Shown here one piece after another: positions 1 to 11,500 of a stretch of 36,105 bases of DNA. Below the pieces are notes generated by a model. That model had not been told where the DNA came from. It made no database searches and saw only the letters and a list, made by a program, of their open reading frames with translations. Source of the DNA: Chitinophagales bacterium (lineage in GTDB: Bacteria > Bacteroidota > Bacteroidia > Chitinophagales > CAIODY01). How positions within the stretch are numbered: the stretch's first letter is position 1; every line of letters starts with the position of its first letter. The DNA is taken from positions 1 to 36,105 of the forward strand of contig DAIMNW010000001.1 in the NCBI GenBank assembly GCA_036719905.1. Reading direction: 5' to 3'. The position numbers and the translations under genes were made by a program.

Positions 1-113
1 AGTAAGGGCACGATTCATGGTGAGCAAAAATAGTAAAAAGGAGCACTAAAATGAGGGTGAAATCTTATAGACCTATGGATTGAATGAAGTGAAAGGCAAA
101 GTCCTTCTCATAA

Positions 114-3041
114 TTATTCTTTTTCAGTTTCAGGCAGAGGTAAGGCTGCATCTATATCCTTTTTATCTTTTTTCACCTCCCATTTCTTTTCGCTCAAAAG
201 TTGGCCATTATGTTTCATCACCCATTTATAAGTTCCAGTTGGCAGGTAATACTCTCCGTTTTCAGCAGCTTGAAACAAGGAGGTACCTTTTGTTTTATTT
301 TTGGGTTGCTTACTCATCGAGTTCGGAAATTTATTATCTATTTGTAGATGATAGGTAAAGTTGTTTATACCGGCTTCTGCAGAATCAATTTTTTCATAAA
401 GAACTTTTCCATCAGCATTTTCCAAACTGAATTGATAAACTCCAGCAGCATCGCTCAAATAATTTATAATCTGATTAGGTTGCCATGCCTCTGACCAGGG
501 TTGCCATTTATGCCCCCAATTTTTATTAAACATAATATCTGAAGCTGAGGTAATAAAAGTTTTACCAATAGAATCAGCTAGCGTTTCTAAATCTGTTAAA
601 CTTGCCTTATAGATAGAGCGGCCGTGAGTGCCTAAAATAATTTCATGCTCCCGTTTTTGGATGGCAATATCGTGAATGGCTACTCTAGGCAATCCTCCAT
701 TCATGCTCATAAAATTAGCTCCTTGGTCAAGGCTGGCATAGAGTCCATTATCAGTTCCAACAAACAGAATCTTGTCGTGGTTAGGGTCTTCTTTTATGAC
801 GTTAATGGGTTCGTCGGGCAGTTGTCTTCCTATTTGTTGCCAGGTATTGCCATAATTTTCACTCACAAATAAATAGGGCGCAAAATTGTCAAACTGAAAA
901 CCACTCATGGCTACATAAATACGCCCTTCGGCAAAAGCACTTGGGGTTACTCTCATCACTCGTAAGTTTTTTGGTAGCCCGGCAGAAATGTTTTTCCAAT
1001 TGTAACCCACATCAGTACTAACCCAAACGTTTCCATCATCCGTTCCCAAATAAATTAAACCAAATTTCTTAGGCGATTCACAAAGCGTAGAAATAGTTCC
1101 ATAAGGCACATCGCCTTCTTTTTTTCCATTAGTTAAATCGGCGCTCAATGTTTTCATATCCTCGGCTTTAGTCAAACTACGATGGAATTTATTGCTGCCC
1201 ATATAAAAAATATCCTGTGAATGTTTGCTTAGCCAAATAGGTGTTTGCCAGCTATAGCGCAGTGGCTCTTCGCCCAATTCGGGCATGGGATGTATGCCTG
1301 TTTCTTGCCTGCCTGTTGCTTTGTTCAATCGGGCGTAGTTGCCAAATTGATAACCTGTGTAAACGGTATTATTATCCCGTGTATCTACCTGCACCTGCAT
1401 ACCATCGCCGCCATACAATCTTTTGAAACCATACACTCCTTCTTCGTACCAATTGGTATTTTCATTATTCGATGATGAGCCTACCCACACTCCATTATCC
1501 TGCAATCCACCATACACATTGTACGGTTTGGCATCGTCTACTGCCACTGCATAAAACTGACCTACCGAAGGCGTGTTGCATTTTATCCAGTGAGCACCAT
1601 CATCATAGGTAATATTGATACCACCATCGTTGCCATTAATTATATGTTTGGGGTTCAAGGCATCAATCCAAAGCACATGATGATCGCCGTGCTGATTGTC
1701 GCCTTCAATTGCTTTAAAGGTTTGACCGGCATCGGTCGATTTTAAAAGTGGTACGCCCATGATATATACATCGCTATCACGAGTAGGCGATACGTAAATT
1801 TTTCCAAAATAATAACCATAGGTATTGTACATGCCATCCAGATAATATTTGTTCTGCTTAGTCCATGATTGGCCACCATCTGAGCTCTTGTAAACTTCTC
1901 CGCCGGCCACTGGGGTATCGAACAAGTCAGAGTTAGCATCGCTAACAAAGTTGGCTAAATCAACCGGATGGTACTTGCCGCTGATAATGCCGGCTCGTAT
2001 TTTTGAATAGGGATAGGCAGTTTCCATTTCATGATTTCGAAGAAATTTTTTCACTAAGGCCGAATCGGTATTCAAAAATTCGTTGGAACTCATTGAGCGA
2101 AGTTGCTTGCTAGTAAGTTCCTTTTCTGTTTTTTTCTTTTCGGGTTGGTGAGCTTGATTATCTAAAACTGCATAAAGTAGATTGGTGTTTTTCGGGTAAA
2201 TGGCTATACCGATTCGGCCAACGTTATCTCCGTGGGGAAATCCGGAAGCTTGAGTAGTGATCAGTTTCCATGTATCGCCACCATCTTCACTTTTGTAGAT
2301 GCCTGAGGAGTTACCACTTTCAACAAAGTTCCAAGGCTTACGGTCGCGGTGCCACATAGCGGCATACACCACATTTTCATGTAGTGGGTCTATTTGTAAA
2401 TCAATACAACCGGTGGTATCGTCTACATAAAGTGTTTTTTTCCAGGTAGCTCCACCATCTAAGGTTTTAAAAACTCCTCTTTCGCTATTGTAGGTATATA
2501 AATGCCCAACCGCCCCAACCAAGGCTTGCTGATCATTTTTTTTATTCAAAATTATTTTACCAATATGATGTGTTTCAGCCAACCCTAAATGAGACCAGGT
2601 TTTTCCTTTATCCATTGATTTGTAAACACCTGTTCCGGCATAAGAACTTCGGCTACTATTATTTTCACCTGTGCCTACCCAGATGGTACCCGTAGTCCAG
2701 TTTACAGCAATGTCGCCAATGGTGATAGACTCTAAGTGGTCGAAACATGGGGTAAAACTCTGTCCATTGTTATTGGTATACCACAAACCACCGCTTGCAT
2801 AAGCCACATAAAACTCTGTAGCATTTTGAGGATTAACATCCACATCAACCACCCTGCCGCTCATAATGCTAGGGCCTATGTTGGTAAACTGAACATTATT
2901 GAGCAATGAATTGGATTCAAGGGTTTTTCTTTTATCCAGATTCGCCATCCTTTCAGCGGCTTTTGTGTAATCAGGGTAAGCATTTTGAGCTTGACTCTTA
3001 ATCAACAAGAATGTTAGAATTAATAAGTAAAAATAACGCAT
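114..3041 (-). CDS. Secreted BNR/Asp-box repeat beta-propeller protein (sortilin/VPS10-like, glycosyl-hydrolase-like)
   Basis: 975-aa ORF with signal peptide MRYFYLLILTFLLIKSQA. Repeated Asp-box motifs S/T-x-D-x-G-x-T/S-W: SMDKGKTWS, TLDGGATWK, SEDGGDTWK, SSDGGQSWT, STDAGQTF, SENYGNTWQ, STDVGYNWK. Confidence 0.75.
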   Translation of the reverse strand: MRYFYLLILTFLLIKSQAQNAYPDYTKAAERMANLDKRKTLESNSLLNNVQFTNIGPSIMSGRVVDVDVNPQNATEFYVAYASGGLWYTNNNGQSFTPCFDHLESITIGDIAVNWTTGTIWVGTGENNSSRSSYAGTGVYKSMDKGKTWSHLGLAETHHIGKIILNKKNDQQALVGAVGHLYTYNSERGVFKTLDGGATWKKTLYVDDTTGCIDLQIDPLHENVVYAAMWHRDRKPWNFVESGNSSGIYKSEDGGDTWKLITTQASGFPHGDNVGRIGIAIYPKNTNLLYAVLDNQAHQPEKKKTEKELTSKQLRSMSSNEFLNTDSALVKKFLRNHEMETAYPYSKIRAGIISGKYHPVDLANFVSDANSDLFDTPVAGGEVYKSSDGGQSWTKQNKYYLDGMYNTYGYYFGKIYVSPTRDSDVYIMGVPLLKSTDAGQTFKAIEGDNQHGDHHVLWIDALNPKHIINGNDGGINITYDDGAHWIKCNTPSVGQFYAVAVDDAKPYNVYGGLQDNGVWVGSSSNNENTNWYEEGVYGFKRLYGGDGMQVQVDTRDNNTVYTGYQFGNYARLNKATGRQETGIHPMPELGEEPLRYSWQTPIWLSKHSQDIFYMGSNKFHRSLTKAEDMKTLSADLTNGKKEGDVPYGTISTLCESPKKFGLIYLGTDDGNVWVSTDVGYNWKNISAGLPKNLRVMRVTPSAFAEGRIYVAMSGFQFDNFAPYLFVSENYGNTWQQIGRQLPDEPINVIKEDPNHDKILFVGTDNGLYASLDQGANFMSMNGGLPRVAIHDIAIQKREHEIILGTHGRSIYKASLTDLETLADSIGKTFITSASDIMFNKNWGHKWQPWSEAWQPNQIINYLSDAAGVYQFSLENADGKVLYEKIDSAEAGINNFTYHLQIDNKFPNSMSKQPKNKTKGTSLFQAAENGEYYLPTGTYKWVMKHNGQLLSEKKWEVKKDKKDIDAALPLPETEKE

Positions 3042-3206
3042 GTGCTATACAAATTTTTATTGAGTGGACTGATGAAACAAGATTAAGGAATAATATTTAT
3101 AATTATACACAGGGGGCAAATTTTTGACTCTTTGTTCTATTAAAGCAATGCCAGTTGATAGCAACTGTCAATACTAAAGCAGTAAGAAAGTTCGTTTAGA
3201 ATGGCG

Positions 3207-3214
3207 TAAATTTG
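3207..3214 (+). promoter_or_regulatory. Candidate Bacteroidota -7 promoter box (TAAATTTG) upstream of porU
   Basis: Exact match to TAnnTTTG, 67 nt upstream of the ATG at 3281. Confidence 0.3.
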
Positions 3215-3280
3215 TGCTCATTCTTTAACCGACCTTCTGCTTCCTAGGTGCGCCCATTATTTGTAACCAATTTTTTATCC

Positions 3281-6200
3281 ATGAGATTACTAACCTGTTT
3301 CTGTTTATTGCTGTTGAGCCACATAGCTTTCGCTCAACAACAGATTACAGTGCATCAGGATTTTAAATGGAAAGCAGGAATAAAATCGTTTGCTCGTGCT
3401 GATGGTAGCAGCACAAATTTTCTTCAATTTGAAGGAGCGCAATATCGTACTAATAGTCCGTTACCTCTATTCTCCAGGCAAGTTGCAATATCCAATGGAA
3501 GTAAGTTAAATGTGACGCTAAAAAATCAGGTATTCGTTCCCATTACAGCGGACATTTATTCCACCGAAGCTATCCAGAATCAGGTGCAGGTTGCTGCCAC
3601 AGTCACCTATCAGCGGAAAAAGCCTTATGCCGAAATTGCCTTTGTTCCATTGCAAAGAAATAGCACCGGACAATTGCAGCAGTTGGTAAGCTGCGATATT
3701 GAAATTACCACTCTCGGTGCTACCATAGAGGGCAAGAAATCCAAAAAAGCAACTGCAGCCAATTCAGTATTGGCATCAGGCAAATGGTTCAAAATAGCAG
3801 TCAGTCAGGATGGTGTCTATCGTCTCGACAGAAATTTTCTGCAGAATTTAGGAATGGATATTGGCAATGTTGATCCACGAAATATTAGAATCTACGGAAA
3901 TGGAGGGGGCCCTGTTCCTGAAGCTAATGCAACCTATTACCCTGATGATCTATACGAAAATGCTATTGTGGTGCAAGGTGAAACGGATGGTTCATTCGAC
4001 GCTTCCGATGGTGTTTTATTTTATGGGCAAGGGCCCGATGCTACTGCCTACAATGGCGTTTTGAATACCTTATACCATGTTAAAAATGTTTACAGTCGAC
4101 GAAGTTATTATTACATCACAGCCGATTTGGGGCCTGGGAAACGGATGGGTAATCAAAATAATACTTCGCTTACGGCAAACAATTTTAGTTCGCAATTCGA
4201 CGCTTTTATTTTTCGTGATACAGATAGAGTAAACTTACTCAGCAGCGGTCGTCAGTGGTTTGATGATGAAATGAACTTTACTCCAACACAAACTTACAAT
4301 CTCAGTTTTCCCAATGTAGTAAGTTCTACTCCGGCCAAATTAAAGGTAGTGGCAGCTGGAAGTTATTATCAAGCCTCTACCATGGATATTTTGGTTGATG
4401 GGCAGAAGGTGGGAACACCCCTTAGTTTCAATGGTGTAGTATTGGATTACGACCGACCAATTGCCAGTGTGCAGACAATGTCAACCAATTTTACATTATC
4501 AAGCGCCACTCCAACACTCACCTTAAGCTATAATAAACTGAGCAGTTCCGATGCGAAGGCATGGCTTGATTATTTTGAGATTACAGTTCGTCGAGGTTTG
4601 GCACTTGGAAATAATCAAATGATTTTCCAAGACCTTTCTTCAATAGGGTCGGGCAAAACTACCGAGTTTAGCATGTCCTATAACAACAATCCGTATGTGT
4701 GGGATATCACCAATCCTTTAGAACCGGAGTGGGTTCAGGGAACGGCTTCGGGAAATGTTTTCAAGTTCAAAACCGTTACCGATACATTAAAACGATTTAT
4801 TGCGCTTGAAAGTGGAACTTATTTAACTGCAGAGGCTGTTGGTGCAGTGGCAAATCAAAATTTACATGCCTTAAAGAATGATTATCCTGAAATGTTAGTC
4901 GTTGCGCCCAACATTTTTCTCAGCCAAGCCGAAGCTCTTGGAAATTTTCATGCAGCGGCTGATGGCTACCGAGTAGCCGTGGTGAGCGCCGAAAAGGTAT
5001 TTAATGAATTTGGTTCAGGCAAACCCGATATTGGCGCCATCCGAAATTTTACCAAAATGTTTTATGATAATGCTGGATCTGATTCGTCAAAAATGCCAAG
5101 GTTTTTGTTACTATTTGGCGATGGTTCATACGACAATCGCAATATTATAAAGAGCAATGAAGCTTTTATTCCAACTTATGAAAGTAACAGTTCGGTTGAT
5201 CCAACTTCTTCTTATGTCAGCGACGATTTTTATGGTATGCTCGACGATAATGAAGGGGCCAACATCGGAGGCAATGATAAACTGGATATTGCCATTGGTC
5301 GTATTCCGGTAAAAAATGTGAATGAAGCCAATGGTGCTGTTGAAAAGATAAAAACTTACAAAAGCACCAGTTCATTAGGTCCATGGCGAAATAGTTTTAC
5401 ATTCATTGCAGATGATGAAGACAATAATTTACACATAGAGCAATCGGATGGTTATACAAAATACTTGAGCAAATATTTTCCGGCTTATAATCTTGATAAA
5501 ATCTATCTCGATGCTTATCAGCAAGAGTCATCGCCAGGCGGAAGCCGCTATCCTGGAGTAAATGAAGCCATTAATCGGAAGATCAATACAGGTACCATGG
5601 TGATGAACTATACCGGACACGGCGGCGAAAGTGGATGGGCACATGAACGCGTACTTACATCTGATGATGTAGAGCAATGGACCAACTTGACTAAGCTACC
5701 TCTTTTCATTACGGCTACTTGTCAATTCAGCAGGTACGATAACCCAAGATTAAATACAGTAGGTGAACGGCTTATTCAAAAGACCGATGGAGGGGCTATA
5801 GCCTTGATGACCACAGTCAGATTGGTTTATGCCAACGAAAACGAGGCCATGAATTCCGCTATCTGGCAACATTTTTTTGAGTTACACCCTAATGGCTCTC
5901 ATCTTACCTTGGGTGAAGTTATTCAACGAGCAAAAAATACGATTTCCGGAACTGAGAATAACCGAAAGTTTACGCTGCTTGGCGACCCTGCACTTATACT
6001 TAACTACCCCAAGTATCTCATTAAGACAACCACTTATAATCAGCATAATTCCGGTTCCGTAAACGATACCATGAAAGCATTGCAAAGGGTTACTATTGGC
6101 GGCGAAGTGACTGATTTGCAAGGAAACATTCTCACTAGTTTTAATGGCATACTCTATCCCACCATTTACGACAAGGCCTCAAAGGTAACTACCATCGCAA

Positions 6201-7114
6201 ATGACCCCATACCACAATTCAAAAACGGAAGTTCACCGTACACCTTTCTACTGCAAAAAAATATTATTTATCGTGGCAAGGCCTCTGTGACAGGTGGTAA
6301 ATTTAATTTCTCGTTCGTGGTACCCAAAGATATTAATTACAATTTCGGTCAAGGGAAAGTTAGCTACTATGCCGACGATGGCTCGTCTATAGATGCAGCC
6401 GGGTACGATAGTACCATTACAGTGGGTGGCACAAACCCCAATGCAGGAAGCGATGTATCAGGGCCACAAATAAAAATGTATATGAACGATTTAAAATTTG
6501 TCAATGGTGGAACCACCAATCCGAGCCCTGTTTTGTTGCTAAAATTGAGCGATGCCAACGGTATCAATACGGTGGGCAATGGAATTGGGCATGATATTAT
6601 GGCTACGCTGGATAATGATCAAATTAATGCCCAGTCATTGAATGATTTTTATGAAGCCGAACTCGACAATTATCAAAAAGGAACCGTTTCGTATCCCTAC
6701 AATAAGCTTTCGGTAGGTAAACATGCCGTACGAGTAAAAGCCTGGGATGTATATAACAATTCATCCGAAGGCTATCTGGAATTTATTGTGGCTGATAATG
6801 CTCAATTGGCTCTTACACATGTCTTGAATTATCCTAATCCGTTCACCACCCATACCGATTTTTATTTTGAACACAACCGGCCAGGGCAACCATTGGAAGT
6901 GCGAATCGAAATATTCACCATTACAGGCCAACGAATTAAAACTTTTCAGCAAAGTATGATTACTGAAGGTTTCCGTTCTGAACCCATAAGTTGGAATGGA
7001 TTAGACGATTTTGGCGATGCTATTGGTAAAGGAGTTTACGTCTATAAGGTGAGTGTGAAAGCACCAGGCGAAAAAGCAATGAATGCTTACGAAAAATTGG
7101 TTCTTCTTCGATAA
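3281..7114 (+). CDS. porU: Type IX secretion system sortase PorU (C25 gingipain-like peptidase)
   Basis: About 1277 aa. Signal peptide MRLLTCFCLLLLSHIAFAQQ from the ATG at 3281 (alternative GTG start at 3248). C25-type catalytic His in NYTGHGGESGW (codon 5618-5620) and Cys in ITATCQFSRYD (codon 5720-5722). C-terminal Por-secretion-tail-like segment NYPNPFTTHTDFYF...VYVYKV. Followed directly by porV, as in Flavobacterium and Porphyromonas. Confidence 0.85.
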   Translation: MRLLTCFCLLLLSHIAFAQQQITVHQDFKWKAGIKSFARADGSSTNFLQFEGAQYRTNSPLPLFSRQVAISNGSKLNVTLKNQVFVPITADIYSTEAIQNQVQVAATVTYQRKKPYAEIAFVPLQRNSTGQLQQLVSCDIEITTLGATIEGKKSKKATAANSVLASGKWFKIAVSQDGVYRLDRNFLQNLGMDIGNVDPRNIRIYGNGGGPVPEANATYYPDDLYENAIVVQGETDGSFDASDGVLFYGQGPDATAYNGVLNTLYHVKNVYSRRSYYYITADLGPGKRMGNQNNTSLTANNFSSQFDAFIFRDTDRVNLLSSGRQWFDDEMNFTPTQTYNLSFPNVVSSTPAKLKVVAAGSYYQASTMDILVDGQKVGTPLSFNGVVLDYDRPIASVQTMSTNFTLSSATPTLTLSYNKLSSSDAKAWLDYFEITVRRGLALGNNQMIFQDLSSIGSGKTTEFSMSYNNNPYVWDITNPLEPEWVQGTASGNVFKFKTVTDTLKRFIALESGTYLTAEAVGAVANQNLHALKNDYPEMLVVAPNIFLSQAEALGNFHAAADGYRVAVVSAEKVFNEFGSGKPDIGAIRNFTKMFYDNAGSDSSKMPRFLLLFGDGSYDNRNIIKSNEAFIPTYESNSSVDPTSSYVSDDFYGMLDDNEGANIGGNDKLDIAIGRIPVKNVNEANGAVEKIKTYKSTSSLGPWRNSFTFIADDEDNNLHIEQSDGYTKYLSKYFPAYNLDKIYLDAYQQESSPGGSRYPGVNEAINRKINTGTMVMNYTGHGGESGWAHERVLTSDDVEQWTNLTKLPLFITATCQFSRYDNPRLNTVGERLIQKTDGGAIALMTTVRLVYANENEAMNSAIWQHFFELHPNGSHLTLGEVIQRAKNTISGTENNRKFTLLGDPALILNYPKYLIKTTTYNQHNSGSVNDTMKALQRVTIGGEVTDLQGNILTSFNGILYPTIYDKASKVTTIANDPIPQFKNGSSPYTFLLQKNIIYRGKASVTGGKFNFSFVVPKDINYNFGQGKVSYYADDGSSIDAAGYDSTITVGGTNPNAGSDVSGPQIKMYMNDLKFVNGGTTNPSPVLLLKLSDANGINTVGNGIGHDIMATLDNDQINAQSLNDFYEAELDNYQKGTVSYPYNKLSVGKHAVRVKAWDVYNNSSEGYLEFIVADNAQLALTHVLNYPNPFTTHTDFYFEHNRPGQPLEVRIEIFTITGQRIKTFQQSMITEGFRSEPISWNGLDDFGDAIGKGVYVYKVSVKAPGEKAMNAYEKLVLLR

Positions 7115-7242
7115 AATATTTCCATCCAATTTTCGTTATTTAGCCTAAGAACAACAGTCAAGTACTAACTTTGATATCATAAATAGGTCAAAAGCCTTAT
7201 TTAAAGTAAGCGAAAGACCGTTACTAAGAGTAAATAATTTTA

Positions 7243-7250
7243 TAATTTTG
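7243..7250 (+). promoter_or_regulatory. Candidate -7 promoter box (TAATTTTG) upstream of porV
   Basis: Exact TAnnTTTG, 28 nt upstream of the ATG at 7278, inside the 163-nt porU-porV spacer. Confidence 0.4.
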
Positions 7251-7277
7251 ATTTCTTAATTCAAACCAAAGTATCTA

Positions 7278-8483
7278 ATGAATCTCATTTTGATGAAAAA
7301 TAGCCGAATGCTAAAGTTTAGTTTTTTGAGTACGATGATGTGTATGGCAACCGTGTTGGCCAATGGGCAAACCACCAATAACGCTGCTAGTAAAAAATTG
7401 AACACCATCAATACAGCAGTGCCATTTTTAAGAATCATCCCAGACGCACGTGGTGGAGGAATGGGTGATGTAGGAATTGCCGTAACGGAAGATGCAAATG
7501 CAACTTTTTATAATGCTTCCAAACTGGTTTTTGCTGACAAACCCATGGGTATGTCGGCTTCTTACAACCAGTGGTTAGCAGCCTTGGTTAAGGATGTATA
7601 TCTAGCTGATTTATCAGGATATTATCAAATCGATAAGTTGCAATGTATATCTTCTTCCTTGCGATTTTTCTCATTAGGGAATATTGACTTCTATACTCAA
7701 AATGCTGAATTTAATGGCAGTTTTCATCCTAGAGAGTTTGCCTATGACATTAACTATTCCAGAAAACTATCCAAAATATTCTCAACGGGCTTAACCCTTC
7801 GATACATTTACTCGAACTTGGCAAGTGGCCAAACTGTTGATGGAGTTCCAATCAAAGCAGCTAATGGAATGGCTACCGACATCAGCTTTTTCCTAAAAAA
7901 ACCAATGAAGTTAGGAACCACCAAATCTGTTTTTACAGCTGGTGCCGTTATATCCAATTTAGGAACAAAGGTTACCTATACCAATGCCATTAATAAAGAT
8001 TATATACCGGCAAACCTAGGAGTTGGTGCAGCTTTGAAATTGGATTTGGATAAATACAATCAAATTCAATTTGCCCTGGATATGAACAAATTACTTGTTC
8101 CCACCCCTAATGACAGCACACTTGCCTATAAGAATTTGTCACCCATTCAAGGGGCCCTTACCTCATTTACCGATGCTCCAGGTGGATTTAAAGAAGAGCT
8201 CAATGAAATTATGGACGGTCTGGGAATAGAATATTGGTATAATCAGCAGTTCGCATTGCGAACAGGTTATTTCTACGAAGCACCCACTAAAGGAAACCGT
8301 CAGTTTCTGACCGTTGGGGTAGGTGTAAAATACAATGTCTTGGGAATCAATTTTGCCTATTTAGTACCCACTACACGTGTAAAGTCGCCTTTGGATAATA
8401 CTCTACGTTTCTCCTTACTTTTCGATTTTAATGCGTTAAAAGGCGATGGTTCTTCAGCCGCCTCAGGCGATAAAATCAACTAA
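7278..8483 (+). CDS. porV: Type IX secretion system outer-membrane shuttle/channel protein PorV (LptO)
   Basis: 401 aa. N-terminal signal sequence followed by the PorV-typical block NTAVPFLRIIPDARGGGMGDVGIAV. Beta-barrel-like alternating pattern through to the C-terminal LRFSLLFDF. Sits next to porU. Alternative in-frame starts at 7293 and 7308. Confidence 0.85.
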   Translation: MNLILMKNSRMLKFSFLSTMMCMATVLANGQTTNNAASKKLNTINTAVPFLRIIPDARGGGMGDVGIAVTEDANATFYNASKLVFADKPMGMSASYNQWLAALVKDVYLADLSGYYQIDKLQCISSSLRFFSLGNIDFYTQNAEFNGSFHPREFAYDINYSRKLSKIFSTGLTLRYIYSNLASGQTVDGVPIKAANGMATDISFFLKKPMKLGTTKSVFTAGAVISNLGTKVTYTNAINKDYIPANLGVGAALKLDLDKYNQIQFALDMNKLLVPTPNDSTLAYKNLSPIQGALTSFTDAPGGFKEELNEIMDGLGIEYWYNQQFALRTGYFYEAPTKGNRQFLTVGVGVKYNVLGINFAYLVPTTRVKSPLDNTLRFSLLFDFNALKGDGSSAASGDKIN

Positions 8484-8567
8484 GTACTCTTCTTTTCGTA
8501 GTATTATTGATAGCTTATATTATTGATGGAAGTCAATTGTTGATAGCAATACATCATGGCTCTTTGT

Positions 8568-11500
8568 TTATGAACTAAATTTTTTACCTATTTCGGCAAA
8601 TTGAACAATTTTATTGTATAGCTCTACGGGGTTGAATGGCTTACTTATAAAATCGTTCATTCCAGCTTCTTTAATCAGGGTTTTTTCATTGTTTAAGGCT
8701 GCTGCTGTGAGGGCAATTACAGGGATTGAACTCTTAGATTTTTGGCTGTGCTGACGAATAAACTTGGTAGCTTCATAACCATCCATTGCCGGCATTTGTA
8801 AATCCATCAAAATCAGATCGAATGTTTCGGATTTAAAAAGATCAATGGCTTGCAATCCATTGCCGGCAATTTCATAAGTAATACCCCAATTTATAAGGAA
8901 CTTGCCTAATACCTGTTGATTGACAAGATTGTCTTCAGCAAGTAATAGATGAATATTGGATAATTTAGGTAAAGAATTTAATGTGTCAATGCTGGAATTA
9001 TTATGCGACTGTGCATTAAAATTTGTATTGATCTTTTTGAATGCCAAGTCAAAGAAAAATTTGGTTCCTTTTCCAACCTCACTTTCTAATTCAATTGTTG
9101 AACCTTGAGCTTCCAGTATCTTTTTAATGATGGTAAGGCCTAAGCCTGTGCCACCAAATTTTCTGCTTGTGTTAGTCTCCGCTTGTGTAAAACTTTCAAA
9201 AATAGTTTCATGCTTGTCTTTCGGTATGCCAATACCCGAATCGAACACAGTAAATGATATGGTAATAGCTTCCTTTGTTTCGGACTTAAAATCAAGTTCA
9301 AGTTTAATAATTCCTTCACTTGTAAATTTCACAGCATTGCTTAATAGATTATTAATTACTTGAGACAATCGCATAGGATCTCCTAGCACATTAATTGGGA
9401 TTCGTCCATCGATGGAAGTAATTATTTTAACCGGCTTATCTTTAAGTTTAATCTGGTGTGAATTAGTAATTTCATTAGCCACCTCTTGCAGATTAAACTG
9501 TATTTCTTCAAAAGTAATTTTACCGGCGTCTATTTTGCTATAGTCTAAAAAGTCATTTATCAGAATTAATAAATTTTCGGCTGAGAACTTTAGGGTTTTT
9601 AAGTCAGACAATTGCTCTGTTTTCGGATTATCCATCAACAGTAAATTGCTAATGCCTATCACTGCATTGAGTGGGGTCCGTATTTCATGGCTAATAGTGG
9701 AAACAAATCGTTGCTTAGCTATAGCTGCTGCCTCAGCCTCTTCTTTAGCTATTTGCAATTCTATTTCTTGTAACTTACGTTCAGTGATATCCTCTTTTAA
9801 TATAATGAGCCCACCAACCTCATTGTTGATATCATACCAAGGATGAATTTCATGTTTCAGCCAATGTGTTTTGTCGGCTTCATCTATAATTTGTTCACAC
9901 TCATTGATATATAATTCACCTGCCAAACTTCGCTTATGTTGCGCTTTCCATCTAGCTGGGATTGATTGCATTTGACTATAGTATGATAGGCCGATTGCGA
10001 TTTTACCAACTTGACCATATTGCTCTTGCCACTTTTTACTGTAAGCAATAAAACACAATTCTTTATCAAACATGGCAATGGCAGCTGGTGCAGCTTCTAC
10101 AAATGAAATTAATTGATTTTGTTTCTTTTGTAATAATTCTGCAGCTATTTTTTCTTGAGTTACATCTTCACAGATTAGTAATATAATAAGGTTGCCTTCA
10201 ATGTCCTGCTTCAGTTTTGCCGTTTCTTTCACCCAGATCATTTGACCATTTTTCTTCATTTTTCTTATTTCCCATTGGGCAAATCCAGTAGCATTTCCTA
10301 TCAAGTGTTTATAGTTCTCTAGATTTCGGTCTTGGTCTTCTTCTGCAACAATAGCATTGACAGGGTGGTTTATTAACTCTTCTTTAGAATAGCCCAAATA
10401 ATCAAGTCCAAACTGATTGACGGAACTTATTTTGAAAGCATCATCAAGAATAAAATACATGGTAGGGTTGTGGTCAAAGAGTAACCTAAATTTGGCTTCG
10501 CTGTCAGAAAGTTGCAAATCTTTTTCTTTGCGATCAGTTATATCTCTGAAGGTTCCTATCACCTTAACTAGACTACCTTCTTCTGTCACTTTTTTAGATA
10601 CAAATTCGAGATATTTAACCTTGCCGTTTTTCAAATTGATTTTTCTTTCGGTTCGGAAATTGTCTCTATTTTCCAAAACTTTTCGATAGTGCCATAAATT
10701 GGTAAATGTCTCGGTTCCAAAAACGTAACGAATAAATTCTTCAAATTTGAGTTCACGAAACTCTTCCTCAATTACCTCAAAAAACAAAGGAGGTAAAGTC
10801 ATTTTCCAATTGTTTTTGCGATCAATTTCAAAACTACCCATCCTGATTATGCTATTGGCTTCGGCTAAGTTTTTTTCAGTTTCAATTAAGTATAATTCAT
10901 TGCGCTTTTGCTCGGTAATATCTTGTGTTATGCCATAAACTTTTGCCACTGAACCGTTTTCCAAAATGGCCTGTGCATTTACCAGCAAATACTTTAATCC
11001 CGAAATTTTTGTCTTTATTTTTAATTCGATTGTGTAGGATTCACCATATTTAATGAGCCGGTCAAATAGTTCATTTCGTTTTTGTAAATCATCTGGATCA
11101 ATAATCGAGATATAATCAGCTAATTTTATGGGTTTATTTACATCTTTATCAAATTCAAATATTTTATACATTTCGTCGCTCCATGAAAAAATTTCAGTTT
11201 TTAAATCAAAAGTCCAGTCGCCTAGTTTTCCAAGCCTTTGTGCCTCGGTAAGCTGCAAGTCACGTTGCTCAATTTTACTTTCAAAAAGTTTATTTCGGCT
11301 GATGTCCAAAAAGCTCATCATAAAACCACTATTGTATGATGATATTAAAATTTTTAGCCATCCATTTTTTCCTTCAAAACACATTGGAATCTCCACGTCG
11401 GCTGTTTCTTTTGTCTGCATCACCTTCATTGCCAAATTGTAAAGTGAATGATTGTCAACCTCATAAAACAAATCGATAAACGTTTTGTCTAAATATGGAT

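Noticed and set aside
1-49. Possible gene ends at the left edge: short + strand stops at 31-33 and 47-49, and a minus-strand ATG at 16-18 preceded by a TATTTTTG box.
   Set aside because: There are only a few codons inside the window, too little to call a feature.
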